Of a stretch of DNA of 64,000 nucleotides, positions 49,925 to 59,997 are shown one piece after another. Made by a program: the position numbers and the translations under genes. Position 1 is the first letter of the stretch. Every line of letters starts with the position of its first letter. Origin of the DNA: Candidatus Uhrbacteria bacterium (lineage in GTDB: Bacteria; Patescibacteriota; Patescibacteriia; UBA9934); NCBI GenBank assembly GCA_018673485.1, contig JABHCP010000001.1, positions 3,512-67,511 on the forward strand, given 5' to 3'. The notes beneath the pieces are model-generated. The model worked only from the letters and a program-made list of their open reading frames with translations. It had not been told where the DNA came from and made no database searches.

Positions 49925-50479
49925 CTACTCTTCGATCGAACTAAGTGATTCAAGCAACTGATCGATCTTTGCATTTTCGTGCAGTTCATTAAAGTCCGGA
50001 AGCTCCTCCACGCCGTGGATGCCCAAATGTCGCAGCATCTTTGATGACAAAGTATACACAGGCTGAAGCTTGACCTTATCTTCACGCTCTTCCACAAGTC
50101 CTCGCATTAAAAGATTACGCAAAATAATACTACAATTAACTCCGCGAATATGCTCAATCTCTGCCTTTGTAATCGGAGCACGGTACGCGATAATGGTGAG
50201 CGCCTCAAGCTGCGGTCGAGTGAGCTCAGACTGCATATCATCCTTAGTGAGATCTGATAGTTCCTGGGCTAAATCTGGATTGGTTGCAAGTGTGGCTGCG
50301 TCTTGTGAAATCACCAAATGCATACCCCTCTCATCAAGATTCATCTGGGTAGCTATCTCTTTTAACGCTGATTCGATATCAGACACTTTTACCTTAAGCA
50401 TTTTCGCCAGACGTTTAAACGTCATCGGCTTTGTGCTTAGAAATAGTAGTGCTTCAATTTTTGGTTTGATGGAATTCAT
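49925..50479 (-). CDS. scpB: SMC-Scp complex subunit ScpB
   Basis: IEALLF, LEAL.IIAY..PIT.AEIE.IRGV. Confidence 0.96.
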   Translation of the reverse strand: MNSIKPKIEALLFLSTKPMTFKRLAKMLKVKVSDIESALKEIATQMNLDERGMHLVISQDAATLATNPDLAQELSDLTKDDMQSELTRPQLEALTIIAYRAPITKAEIEHIRGVNCSIILRNLLMRGLVEEREDKVKLQPVYTLSSKMLRHLGIHGVEELPDFNELHENAKIDQLLESLSSIEE

Positions 50480-50501
50480 ATCTATAGTTTATTGAGAACC
50501 G

Positions 50502-50594
50502 CCGGCAACCCCCTCTATCTCCCCCTTGGGAAGGGGGAGGATCTTAGTCTCGACCCCCCCCTCCTTCCCAAGGAGGGGCTGGGGGTGGTTGCCG
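50502..50594. repeat. CCCCT/AGGGG-type REP doublet
   Basis: cggcaaccccc..tcccccttgggaaggggga..ccttcccaagg..ggttgccg. Confidence 0.8.
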
Positions 50595-51296
50595 TTATAT
50601 CCGCTCAATTATAATCTCGCTATCTTTTTGTTTAACTTTTACAATTTGCCTTCGCATCATCTCAAGGAGTGCTAGAAAACTTACCACGACTTCCACTTTG
50701 CTTTTTGCACCCGCAACCACATCTTTAAAACTCATCTTTGCGCGAGTACTTATCGCCCCCTTGAGCTCATCGAGTCGTTCCTCAACTGACTTCACTCTTT
50801 CCATTGATATTTCTCGTAGAGCAAAGAACGGTTCCATTCGTTTTAGCAGTGATCGAAAAGCTTGGTGCAAATTTATAAGTGTGATGTTATCTGCCGGATA
50901 AAAAGCATCTTCTGTTTCGATAATCTTCCTCGTGTAAGGTCTTAGATGAGACTTTTTTGGACTTGTAAATTGCTCCTCCAATCGATCGGCTGCTTCTTTA
51001 AACAATCGATACAAACGCAACTGATCTTCCAAGTCCTCGATTTTATCCTCCTCATCATCAATGCGTAAATATGGCAAAAGCTCGCGACTTTTTATATATA
51101 TCAAACGCGATGCAATAACCAAAAAATCAGCCATTTCCTCAGGCAACACCTGCTCACTATCAAGCCGTTGCAGATACTCGTCAGCAACTTCGGCAAGGTT
51201 CACATCCTTAATTTCCAACTCACGCTTATCGAGCAATTCCAAAAGAAGCCCCAAGGGACCAGCAAACGCCTCCTGCTTGATTTCGAACTGCATCAT
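50595..51296 (-). CDS. scpA: segregation/condensation protein ScpA
   Basis: F.GPL.LLL, FLVIAS.L..KSR.LLP, FLALLEM. Confidence 0.95.
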   Translation of the reverse strand: MMQFEIKQEAFAGPLGLLLELLDKRELEIKDVNLAEVADEYLQRLDSEQVLPEEMADFLVIASRLIYIKSRELLPYLRIDDEEDKIEDLEDQLRLYRLFKEAADRLEEQFTSPKKSHLRPYTRKIIETEDAFYPADNITLINLHQAFRSLLKRMEPFFALREISMERVKSVEERLDELKGAISTRAKMSFKDVVAGAKSKVEVVVSFLALLEMMRRQIVKVKQKDSEIIIERI

Positions 51297-51417
51297 ACTC
51301 ACATTATAGCAAAGGGATTGAGGGTATTAAAGGGATTGAGGGGACTATTTGCACAAAGACTGCGAACATGATGAAATAGACTCGCTTGCCCCTTTTTCTC
51401 TGCACACGGAGTTCAGC

Positions 51418-51699
51418 ATGATCATGCACCAAAAAACGATCGTTGAGATCGCAGCTACGGTTGCCGTATGGCTCGGTGCACTAGCAGCTGCACCCACTTG
51501 CATCGCATGCGAAATCTCTGGATACGCCGCGCCAATCTTGGAACTGCTCATACTAGCGATTATTTCGTTTTTGATCGCTGTGCGCATCTGTACGTTCAAG
51601 ATCGAAATCTACCTCGAAGCCGTCAATCTCGAAACGCGCTACTTGTTCGACCTCGCGCGAAGCGGCGCACCCCTACCCCAGGATTCAGTCCTGGGGTGA
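51418..51699 (+). CDS. small orphan membrane protein
   Basis: GGAG SD, two hydrophobic helices, higher GC than flanks, hairpin downstream. Confidence 0.45.
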   Translation: MIMHQKTIVEIAATVAVWLGALAAAPTCIACEISGYAAPILELLILAIISFLIAVRICTFKIEIYLEAVNLETRYLFDLARSGAPLPQDSVLG

Positions 51700-51743
51700 T
51701 TTGCATCTAAAACAAAAGAACCGATCGTGTGACCGGCTCTTTC

Positions 51744-51851
51744 CTGAACTCTGTAATCAGTAGATCCTTCGACTCCCTTCGACCCGTAAGACGGGTCTTC
51801 GGTCACTCAGGATGACGGTTTCTGGAATGCAACTATTCGCTACCGTCACTT
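51744..51851. repeat. GGATGAC-type element overlapping the aspS stop codon
   Basis: Homologous to 29196-29295. Confidence 0.8.
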
Positions 51852-53267
51852 TTTAATCTCAATATTCGCCTCGCTCAGTGCTTTCTCGGAAAGTGCGGAT
51901 GGGGCGTCCATCATGAGGTCTCGGGCGCTTCCGTCTTTTGGAAATGCTATAACTTCTCGGATGTTTGGCTCGTTTTGCAAAATCGCCATGATCCTATCCA
52001 TTCCAAGTGCTAATCCACCATGCGGTGGTGCTCCGTATTCAAATGCTTGCAGCATGGTGCCAAATTGAGCTTCGATCTGCTCCCCCTCAAATCCCATAAT
52101 CTCCAGCGCCGCTTTCAATAACTCCGGCTTGTGATTACGGATACTCCCTCCACCGACTTCAAATCCATTCAATATAATATCGAACTGAGGAGCGATGATA
52201 TTCTCGACGTTCTTCTTTTCAAGTAAATCACTTTCAAACTCTGGCTTTGCCGCAGAGAATGGATTGTGAGTAAATGTCCAACTCTGCCCTGAGCCTGTCG
52301 AAGGGCCGCCATTATCGTCTTTTTCAAAGAATGGGAAATCGACCACCCAACAAAACGCGAGCAAATTCGGATCATCTTTATCCTCACGAAGATCGGGCCT
52401 ATCATTGCCATACTTCTCCATAGCTTCTGCATAACTCATTCGCGGAAATGGCTTTTGCTGAATTTTCTTTTCAGGATAATTATTCTCAACTACCTTTATC
52501 ATCATCTCCTCGATCAATCCTATTACATCCTCCTCTTGCACAAAGCTCATCTCAAGATCCATCTGTGTAAATTCTGGCTGTCTGTCACCACGTTGATCTT
52601 CATCACGGAAACACTTTGCCATCTGGAAATACCGCTCAACACCAGACGTCATCAAAAGCTGCTTAAACTGCTGCGGCGCCTGTGGTAACACATAAAAATT
52701 CTCAGGATGAAGACGTGACGGAACAATGAATTCTCTTGAACCCTCTGGAGTTCCCTTTGTAAGCTGTGGCGTTTCAATTTCGATAAAATCTTTATCACTC
52801 AAAAATTGTCGCATTGCCTGAAATACTTTGTTTCGATTTCGAATGTTTGTAGCCATTCGTTCAGATCGCAAATCAAGGTATCGATATTTAAGTCGAACGT
52901 CCTCACCTACTGCCGATGTGTCTTTATCTAATTCAAACGGTGGAGTCTTTGCTTCGTTTAGAACTGTAATCTTTTTTGCCAAAAGCTCAACTGTTCCGGT
53001 TGGGATCTTGTTGTTAATCTGACGTTCACCTCGCTTTTGAACTACGCCTTCAATCTCTACAACCCACTCAGGTCGAAGAGTCTCGGCAATCTTTGTTCCT
53101 TCTTCTCCCAAATCAGCTGGAACTCCCACAATTTGCAAAAGACCGTCCTTATCACGAAGATCAAAAAACATGATCTTACCCATGTCGCGTCGCGCATGAA
53201 TCCATCCGGCTACTTTTACAGTCTCCTCTGCCTTGCCGACAGTTTCTGAAGTAAATATTCGTTTCAT
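51846..53267 (-). CDS. aspS: aspartyl-tRNA synthetase (short form, no GAD domain)
   Basis: RLKYRYLDLR, TPEG.R, QFKQLLM, CFRDED..DRQPEFTQ, GAPPHGG. Confidence 0.98.
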   Translation of the reverse strand: MKRIFTSETVGKAEETVKVAGWIHARRDMGKIMFFDLRDKDGLLQIVGVPADLGEEGTKIAETLRPEWVVEIEGVVQKRGERQINNKIPTGTVELLAKKITVLNEAKTPPFELDKDTSAVGEDVRLKYRYLDLRSERMATNIRNRNKVFQAMRQFLSDKDFIEIETPQLTKGTPEGSREFIVPSRLHPENFYVLPQAPQQFKQLLMTSGVERYFQMAKCFRDEDQRGDRQPEFTQMDLEMSFVQEEDVIGLIEEMMIKVVENNYPEKKIQQKPFPRMSYAEAMEKYGNDRPDLREDKDDPNLLAFCWVVDFPFFEKDDNGGPSTGSGQSWTFTHNPFSAAKPEFESDLLEKKNVENIIAPQFDIILNGFEVGGGSIRNHKPELLKAALEIMGFEGEQIEAQFGTMLQAFEYGAPPHGGLALGMDRIMAILQNEPNIREVIAFPKDGSARDLMMDAPSALSEKALSEANIEIKK

Positions 53268-53362
53268 ATGAATGTTTAAAGTGTTTAAGTGTCTAAAATG
53301 TTTAAATGTTTATGGGGTTTAGTTTACCTGTTTGCAGTAATTTGCTCAAGATCGTCACCATT

Positions 53363-53552
53363 TGTCACCCCTGGCTACGACCAGGGGCCCATCAATAAAT
53401 CGAACTCGATAATCGATGGATCCCGGCTCGAAGGCCGGGATGACACAGGCACAATTTATGTGTCATTCCTGCGAAAGCAGGAACCCATCATTACCGTGAG
53501 CTCGATCGAATTTCGATAATCGATGGATCCCGGCTCGGGGGCCGGGATGACA
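53363..53552. repeat. tandem pair of GTCA..TGAC REP doublets
   Basis: Two units both ending cgataatcgatggatcccggctc..ggccgggatgaca. Confidence 0.85.
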
Positions 53553-53554
53553 GA

Positions 53555-54331
53555 TTATACAGCTAGCCCTCGCCAGAAAGGTGTGGAAGTATCCATTGGT
53601 AAATGGTATTGCATCAGATCATGGACGATGCGTGAGAAATCTTCCACATGAGCGCGCTCGAAGTTTGTGCTCACGATGTCTTCATAGGCTGCCTCGCGTG
53701 CAAAGCGCAGAACCTTCACTGCTTCTTCCTCAATTGTGCGCGCGGCAAACCACTCTTGCCCGTCCTTATGAACGCAGTCACTACACACAAGCCCTCCCTT
53801 GCCACCATGCCACCTAAAAGCAAGCGGCATAATCCTTTCCTTGCAAGCAATACAATCGGCAAGTGCCACCTCGTACCCTAGCTGCTGCATGAGTCGCAAC
53901 ATGAATGATCCGAGTAATAAAACCTGCTGTTTCTTTTCAATGCTCTCCTGATTGTCTACAAAGTTCATCCAATCAAGTACAAGATGATAAAGAATCTCAT
54001 CGTGATCGTATTCTTTTAGATGTTTATCAATGAGTGACAATGATGCCTGAGTGAGAATGCGACGATCAAGGTCCTGCATTAAAGATCTAAACGCATGCTG
54101 ACGCTCGACTGAAATTACAGTCACCGATCTTCTACCGCGAATGATCTCTAAGTCGACAATTGCATAAGGCTCAAGGTGTGCAGCTAATTTTGCCTTACCC
54201 TTACGCGCTCCGCGACCCGTAAACACGACCTTGCCAAAATCACGAGTTAGCGCAGAATAACGACGATCCGCTTCCCTAAACGGAGCGGATGTCATTATTA
54301 TTGCCTCAGTTTTTATAGCAGACCATGCCAT
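53555..54331 (-). CDS. recO: DNA repair protein RecO
   Basis: EADR..LT.DFGK..GARK, CxxC..GGLVCxxC Zn finger; start at MAWSA. Confidence 0.92.
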   Translation of the reverse strand: MAWSAIKTEAIIMTSAPFREADRRYSALTRDFGKVVFTGRGARKGKAKLAAHLEPYAIVDLEIIRGRRSVTVISVERQHAFRSLMQDLDRRILTQASLSLIDKHLKEYDHDEILYHLVLDWMNFVDNQESIEKKQQVLLLGSFMLRLMQQLGYEVALADCIACKERIMPLAFRWHGGKGGLVCSDCVHKDGQEWFAARTIEEEAVKVLRFAREAAYEDIVSTNFERAHVEDFSRIVHDLMQYHLPMDTSTPFWRGLAV

Positions 54332-54340
54332 ACTTATTTT

Positions 54341-54492
54341 CCACTTCGACGTACCGTCGTGAGACCCCGAGCACATCGAGGGGGAGAAGTCTTCTTGAGA
54401 CTAGATGGAACTTAGAAGATCTCTCCCGTTGGTCGAGATGGGGACTAAATACTCACCACTTCGACACATCGGAGAAGTCTTCTCGAGATGGT
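54341..54492. repeat. CACTTCGAC..TCGAGATGG palindromic cluster
   Basis: Two ccacttcgac..ggagaagtctt..cgagatgg units. Confidence 0.6.
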
Positions 54493-54500
54493 ACGATTAG

Positions 54501-54890
54501 TTACATTAAATCCAAAAATGATTGCAAGATTAACATTGCGGCCAAAGAGTCCTCCGGGGCCCTAGACCCTTCTTCTTTTTGCAATCTCTTACTTTCAGCT
54601 GTAGTAAAACTCTCATCGACCTCGTGAACCTCGATGCCGAGCTTTGATCGCAGCTCTGCTGAAAACTCCTGCGTAATCCTTAACTGTTCACCGTCGTGGA
54701 ACTTCCCCACCTCAAGTGGAGCCCCAATCACGATCTGATCAACCCCCTCTTTCTTTACAAGCTCAGCCAACTCGTCAAAAATCATTTCCGTATTCACGAC
54801 TGTTTCAATCGGGCTTGAGATTTTTGTTTCCGAATCACCAAGCGCTAATCCTATCTTCTTAAGTCCAAAATCAATTCCTAAATATCGCAT
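54501..54890 (-). CDS. ruvX: YqgF/RuvX pre-16S rRNA nuclease
   Basis: LGIDFG.KKIGLA, VIGAP, VDESFTT, D..AA..ILQ. Confidence 0.95.
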   Translation of the reverse strand: MRYLGIDFGLKKIGLALGDSETKISSPIETVVNTEMIFDELAELVKKEGVDQIVIGAPLEVGKFHDGEQLRITQEFSAELRSKLGIEVHEVDESFTTAESKRLQKEEGSRAPEDSLAAMLILQSFLDLM

Positions 54891-54891
54891 A

Positions 54892-55338
54892 CTACTGGTT
54901 ATCATTTTCAATCGAACGCGCGTCGAAACTTGGTCGCACTACCTCACCCTCAACCATTGCCGCATGATCATCGCGAAGACTGAACCGATCATCACCATCG
55001 TCAACGTGCAAAATTGTAATATACGTTAAACCTGGAATCATAATTTTATCAAGTGCAATTGTTATTTGATGCTCCCCTTCAATAAAATAATCAGATACTC
55101 CAATAGTCTCGCCTGGTGCCTCACCCATGGACCCATAGATCGCAACAAACCCCGGTTCTGAACTTTCAACCTCAAGATACACTTGATCCAATTCATATTG
55201 ATCATCGACCGTGATCGACCCACTCTCGATCTCCACTGGGCCAAAATTTGGAACATATTCTTCAGAAGTAATAAAATATGTGCCAATGATAGCCAAAATA
55301 ATTATAATCAAAATTAAACTCCAATATTCTTTTTTCAT
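54892..55338 (-). CDS. membrane-anchored hypothetical protein
   Basis: N-terminal TM, DQ..V..PGFVAI..IGVS..LHVDDGD. Confidence 0.7.
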   Translation of the reverse strand: MKKEYWSLILIIIILAIIGTYFITSEEYVPNFGPVEIESGSITVDDQYELDQVYLEVESSEPGFVAIYGSMGEAPGETIGVSDYFIEGEHQITIALDKIMIPGLTYITILHVDDGDDRFSLRDDHAAMVEGEVVRPSFDARSIENDNQ

Positions 55339-55360
55339 ATAAATAACTTTATCATCTCAT

Positions 55361-55484
55361 AACCCCCTCCAGCCGTCGCTCTTTCAGAGCTATGGCCGGC
55401 ACAGCCATCTCCCCCTTAAAAATGGGGAGGGTCCAAGTCTAGACCTCGACTCCCCTCCTTTTTAAGGAGGGGCTAGGGGTGGTT
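55361..55484. repeat. CCCCT/AGGGG-type REP doublet with nested gccgtcgctc..gctatggc element
   Basis: Related to 39476-39557 (reverse orientation), with an extra ~37 nt in the first loop. Confidence 0.75.
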
Positions 55485-55505
55485 ATGTGAAAGAAATTAA
55501 CTTCC

Positions 55506-56282
55506 TTAAATATTAATCTTAGGCTGAGGAGTGATAATCTCCGGACCATCCTCGGTTACCACTACTGTAACCTCAAAATGCGCCGCATCAGACTCGTCCT
55601 GCGTACGGATTGACCAACCGTCGTCATCTGTTTTAATTTTATAATCACCAGCAGTTAGCATCGGCTCAAGCGCCAAACACATTCCCTGCTTAATTTTTAC
55701 AATGGGAAAATCACCACTGGTAAAATTTGGAATAGACGGCTTCTCATGCACCGCGTGTCCAACACCATGCCCGGTCAATGATTGTACGATACCGTAGTCT
55801 GTCCCCTCTACAACCTCCTCAACTGCCTTAGCGATATCTTGAATGACATCACCTTCTTTGCAAGCCTCCACTGCACGCTCAAGCGCAAGTCGAGTTGTTC
55901 GAAGTAAAGCTTTACGCTCATCGCTAATTGATCCCACCGGAACAGTCACCGCCATGTCAGTACAAAGTCCTTTGTACCAACAACCGATATCGAGCCCAAC
56001 AATGTCCCCTTCTTTAAGTTCAATGTCACGATCTCCGCAACCATGCACGATCTCATCGTTTGCAGAAATACACAGCGTAGACGGAAATGGAATATCGTCA
56101 CCATAACCTTTAAACGACGGCTTTGCACCCTCATCAAGCAACGCCTGCTCTGCAATTTGATCGATCTCTGACATCAAAACACCAGGCTTGATTGCATCAA
56201 CCGCCTTTTGCAATGCGCTTGCTAGAATCTTCCCACCCTCGCGCATGATCTGAATTTCTTCTTGTGTTTTTATGAGTGACAT
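55506..56282 (-). CDS. map: methionine aminopeptidase type I
   Basis: CIS.N..IVHG, D..D, GHGVG..HE.P, EPM, AHFE.T. Confidence 0.98.
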   Translation of the reverse strand: MSLIKTQEEIQIMREGGKILASALQKAVDAIKPGVLMSEIDQIAEQALLDEGAKPSFKGYGDDIPFPSTLCISANDEIVHGCGDRDIELKEGDIVGLDIGCWYKGLCTDMAVTVPVGSISDERKALLRTTRLALERAVEACKEGDVIQDIAKAVEEVVEGTDYGIVQSLTGHGVGHAVHEKPSIPNFTSGDFPIVKIKQGMCLALEPMLTAGDYKIKTDDDGWSIRTQDESDAAHFEVTVVVTEDGPEIITPQPKINI

Positions 56283-56432
56283 ATCTTTATTAATATCTTA
56301 AACCACTATACAACTACCCACTCAGAGCCCTGAGCCTGTCGAAGGGCGAAGAGTCCCGTTGTTTACGTCTACGTTCGATCGTTGACGCACGGGATCCTTC
56401 GTCGCCTTTAGGCTCCTCTGGATGGGGGTAGA

Positions 56433-56987
56433 CTACAAACTAAGTGCTTGAACAATCCGCTGTGTTACTTCCTCGATACTTCCAACTCCATCAACCTCAA
56501 GCGCAATTCCAAGAGCTTTATACTTCTCGATAATCGGCTCTGTGTCATTATGGTAAATATCCAAACGCTTCATAATGGTCTCCTTGTTGTCGTCCATTCT
56601 GCACTCAATCTCCGCACGCTTTAGTAAACGACCCAAAGTCTCTTCTTTTGGAATAGTAACCACAACTACCTTAGTTGGAACATCAAAGTTTCTAAACGTA
56701 TTGTACTGCGCAATATTGCGCGGATATCCATCCAAAATATATCCATTCTCCGCATCCTCTTTCTGCAATCGCAATTTTAAAACATCGAGCGCCGTGTCGT
56801 CCGAAACCAACTCACCAAGATTAATAATGTCATCAATCTTATTTCCCAAAATACTCCCCGACTTAACCTCATCTCGAAGCAACTCACCCATCGACAAAGC
56901 CGGAATACCAAGCCTCTCCGACAAAATCTTCGCCTGAGTTCCCTTCCCACTCCCCTGCGGACCCAACACCAATATTTTATGTTTCAT
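56433..56987 (-). CDS. adk: adenylate kinase (short LID)
   Basis: GPQGSGKGTQA, LDGYPR, R.DD. Confidence 0.95.
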   Translation of the reverse strand: MKHKILVLGPQGSGKGTQAKILSERLGIPALSMGELLRDEVKSGSILGNKIDDIINLGELVSDDTALDVLKLRLQKEDAENGYILDGYPRNIAQYNTFRNFDVPTKVVVVTIPKEETLGRLLKRAEIECRMDDNKETIMKRLDIYHNDTEPIIEKYKALGIALEVDGVGSIEEVTQRIVQALSL

Positions 56988-57058
56988 AGTAATCGTTGAA
57001 ATTGTTTAATCGCTCGGCTTCACCTCGCTTGTCTAAAATGTTTATTATTATCTTCACT

Positions 57059-57340
57059 CACCTGAGTCCCCCGGCAATGTTTAAGTAGTTACCCCCCGTC
57101 CATTCATTGTCAGACAACCCCGTCTGAGAGGGAGCCTGCCGACCGAACTGGCAATCAGTCCATTCATAGTTACCCAAAAACATTGACTGCAGGCCGAGGC
57201 ATTCTTTGCGGCCGTGGGACTACTCTGAAAAGGCTTTTTTCCGGCGGAGCCGGACCTGGCTCCGCCATGGCTTTGCATACTTTCTTTGAGCCAACAAAGA
57301 AAGTATGTCTGGGGGTTACAGGGGGATGAAATACCCCCTG
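57059..57340 (-). ncRNA. candidate structured RNA / MITE-like element, copy B
   Basis: Reverse-complement homologue of 4752-5030. Confidence 0.6.
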
Positions 57341-57345
57341 CTTAG

Positions 57346-57573
57346 CTAAACCTCAAATGTCTTCTTCAAAGCCCTCTCGTTATCATTGCTAGAGATCAAA
57401 TGCGCCCTCTCAAGGTGCTTAAACAGCTCCCTAACGCGCTCTTCGTCCAAAGACCCATATTTCCTCATATAGATCTGCAAAGCCACCTCCACAAGGCTCC
57501 TTTCCCTAGAATCCAACCCCATACTACGAGAAAGCTTATGGATCCCATCATCGCTCAATTTAACTTCAGTCAT
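57346..57573 (-). CDS. small hypothetical protein
   Basis: 75-aa helical-looking ORF with AT-rich upstream context. Confidence 0.55.
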   Translation of the reverse strand: MTEVKLSDDGIHKLSRSMGLDSRERSLVEVALQIYMRKYGSLDEERVRELFKHLERAHLISSNDNERALKKTFEV

Positions 57574-57703
57574 ATATTTATTATTGATCTTACCACCCCA
57601 TTTTAGCGTGTTTGGAGGGTGAGTTCAACCATATCTAACTATTCTATAAAGAAAGAAGTAATTTTAGTTGTATCATTATTATTTAAATGCTATTTTTAGA
57701 TAT

Positions 57704-58276
57704 ATGCATATTAAAACACACAAAGTAGAAGTATTTAGCGAACCATGTTCTTTAGAATTAATGCACTTCGATGATACTGATCGAGTTAAATGGAAACAAT
57801 TATTTGATCAATGGAAATCTTTAAAAATGGGAATGAGAGAATACAAATCCAGAGAACCAAATTTTCCAGAGGGCTTATCAGAAGTAGCCTTTTGTCTTCA
57901 CTCAGGTTCTGGTAGATTCATTAAACTTAAGGGAAATAGCAAAGCATCGTTCGATACCTTCGACCTACAAGACAATCGATCAGAACAAATAAAGGCCTGT
58001 AGCGTAGAGTACGATCTCACATCCTTCGGTCCGAAATCCGTTTGGGACGACATCTATTTTCTGGACTTTTTCAATGAAGGTTTGCTGGATGGTAGATTTG
58101 ATATTTATCAGATACCAACAGATCTGATCTTGAATATGAAAGTAAATAAAGATCAAACTGTAGCTGATCAGCAAAATCAAGGTAGGAGACCAAGATTTAG
58201 TATCAAAAGGAAAATTATAAAAGAATTAAACATCAAACCCATCGCTACAAAAGTGACGGTTTGGAAGAAAGACTAG
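57704..58276 (+). CDS. type II restriction endonuclease, Bsp6I-like
   Basis: NFPEGLSE, QIKACS..DLTSFGP..WD.IYFLDF, QQ.QGRRPRFSI; convergent with a C5-MTase; exact start uncertain (57668 or 57704). Confidence 0.85.
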   Translation: MHIKTHKVEVFSEPCSLELMHFDDTDRVKWKQLFDQWKSLKMGMREYKSREPNFPEGLSEVAFCLHSGSGRFIKLKGNSKASFDTFDLQDNRSEQIKACSVEYDLTSFGPKSVWDDIYFLDFFNEGLLDGRFDIYQIPTDLILNMKVNKDQTVADQQNQGRRPRFSIKRKIIKELNIKPIATKVTVWKKD

Positions 58277-59859
58277 GAATTCAAAGCAAACTTCATTTTC
58301 TTCGCGATCGCTCTTAGAACTGGAACTGAAACTGAATTTCCAAATTGTTTATATAAAGCAGAGTCAGCCAAATGCTCAGGAATAATATACGAATCAGGAA
58401 AACCCTGAATTCTTGCACATTCACGAGGCGTCAACTTTCTAATACCATTCTCATCTTTTATTATAGGAACATTGTGTCCGCCTGTACCCATATTGGCAGT
58501 TAAAGTTGGGCAGACGCCTTTTTTATTTTCCCTTACATATTTTCGCCTCCACTGATACACTTTCCCGAATTCCTTTACGTCATCTTTAATTTTCTCATAA
58601 AGTGGCTTACCGTTATAATAATACTTATCGTCTACCTTGGATTCCAAAATGTCTGTTATTTTTACTTTCAACTCTACAGGATCTGGAAAGCTGAAATTAT
58701 TCAAATGATCAGCATTCAAAAAACCTACAATATAAATTCTCTCACGATTTTGCGGGACATTGCCATAATCCATGGTGTTTAAAACCTTGGAGGAGACGGA
58801 GTACCCCAGACTCTGCAATGTCTCTTTGATGATTTTGAATGTTTTTCCTTGATCATGTCCTTGAAGATTTTTAACATTCTCTAGTAGAAAGGCCTTTGGC
58901 TTTCGAGTTTCTAATATTCTCGCTACATCAAAAAATAAGTTCCCTCTTTCTTTCTTGTCATCAAATCCCTGCCTATATCCAGCGATAGAAAATGCCTGAC
59001 ATGGAAAACCACCCAATAATATATCAAAGTCCGGCAAATCATTTTCATGGATATTTCGAATATCCTCAACAACTAATTTTGAAGTTCTAAAATTTAAATC
59101 ATAAGTATCTTTACACTTTGGCTCATAGTCGTTTGCAAAGACTGTCTCAAAACCTTCCGCCTCGAATCCCAATCTAACACCACCCACACCAGCGAATAAA
59201 TCTACTGTCTTAAATGAATTGGTCACCTCCATACTATCTTTATTATTTTTATCTTTTGAAAAATTTCTTATAACTCTAATTACAACGCCTCTAACCTCCA
59301 GTTCCTTTACGAAAATAGGTAAAATATTCTGATTAGCTGGTTGCAATCTATAACCATCTTTTAACCTATATATTTTCTTTAATGTACAAGTGTCATCTTC
59401 TAGAATAGCTACCACTGTTTGTCCATTCTCAGGAGATATTTGTGGTTTTATGATAACGATATCGCCATCAAAAATTCCATCGTCTATCATGCTGTCCCCC
59501 TTCACCCTCAAGGCATAACAATCTTCACGCCCCGACAATAGACTACTAGGAACCTCTATCAAATCGGTTTCATCTTCCAAGACTTCAATGGGCTTCCCGG
59601 CAGCTATACTACCTTTAACTGGAATTAATATTGTATTTGTATCTACCTTCAACGATATTGATCTTGGTATATGGTTGGATCCTTCAATATAACCCTTCTT
59701 CACTAAAGCCTGTACATGCTGATGTATCGTGGAATTCGATTTTAATCCTACCAGCCCCCTAAGCTGATTTATTGTTGGAGGAATGCCGTCCTCTTCAATA
59801 CCACTTTTGATAAATTCTAGGATTTCGCTTTGCCTATTTGTTAAACGTTCATTCACCAT
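58273..59859 (-). CDS. LexA repressor fused to DNA (cytosine-5) methyltransferase
   Basis: LexA HTH (LT.RQ.EIL.FI..PPT), IAAG, GDSM, TLKK; then DLFAGVGG, GFPCQAFS, ENV, QNRERIY, YKQFGNSV. Confidence 0.93.
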   Translation of the reverse strand: MVNERLTNRQSEILEFIKSGIEEDGIPPTINQLRGLVGLKSNSTIHQHVQALVKKGYIEGSNHIPRSISLKVDTNTILIPVKGSIAAGKPIEVLEDETDLIEVPSSLLSGREDCYALRVKGDSMIDDGIFDGDIVIIKPQISPENGQTVVAILEDDTCTLKKIYRLKDGYRLQPANQNILPIFVKELEVRGVVIRVIRNFSKDKNNKDSMEVTNSFKTVDLFAGVGGVRLGFEAEGFETVFANDYEPKCKDTYDLNFRTSKLVVEDIRNIHENDLPDFDILLGGFPCQAFSIAGYRQGFDDKKERGNLFFDVARILETRKPKAFLLENVKNLQGHDQGKTFKIIKETLQSLGYSVSSKVLNTMDYGNVPQNRERIYIVGFLNADHLNNFSFPDPVELKVKITDILESKVDDKYYYNGKPLYEKIKDDVKEFGKVYQWRRKYVRENKKGVCPTLTANMGTGGHNVPIIKDENGIRKLTPRECARIQGFPDSYIIPEHLADSALYKQFGNSVSVPVLRAIAKKMKFALNS

Positions 59860-59997
59860 ATAAAGCAATTATATCACGAAAAGATACCGAACATGTCAGC
59901 AATAATGTGCATAACTTAAAACGAGGCCATCCAAAGCCTCGTCTTTTTAGCTGACTACCCTATTTTATCTATTTAGTGAATTACTGTAATTTTACTC

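Noticed and set aside
53363-53552. CRISPR array or integron attC sites
   Set aside because: Only two REP doublets, no unique spacers, no GTTRRRY cores and no integrase
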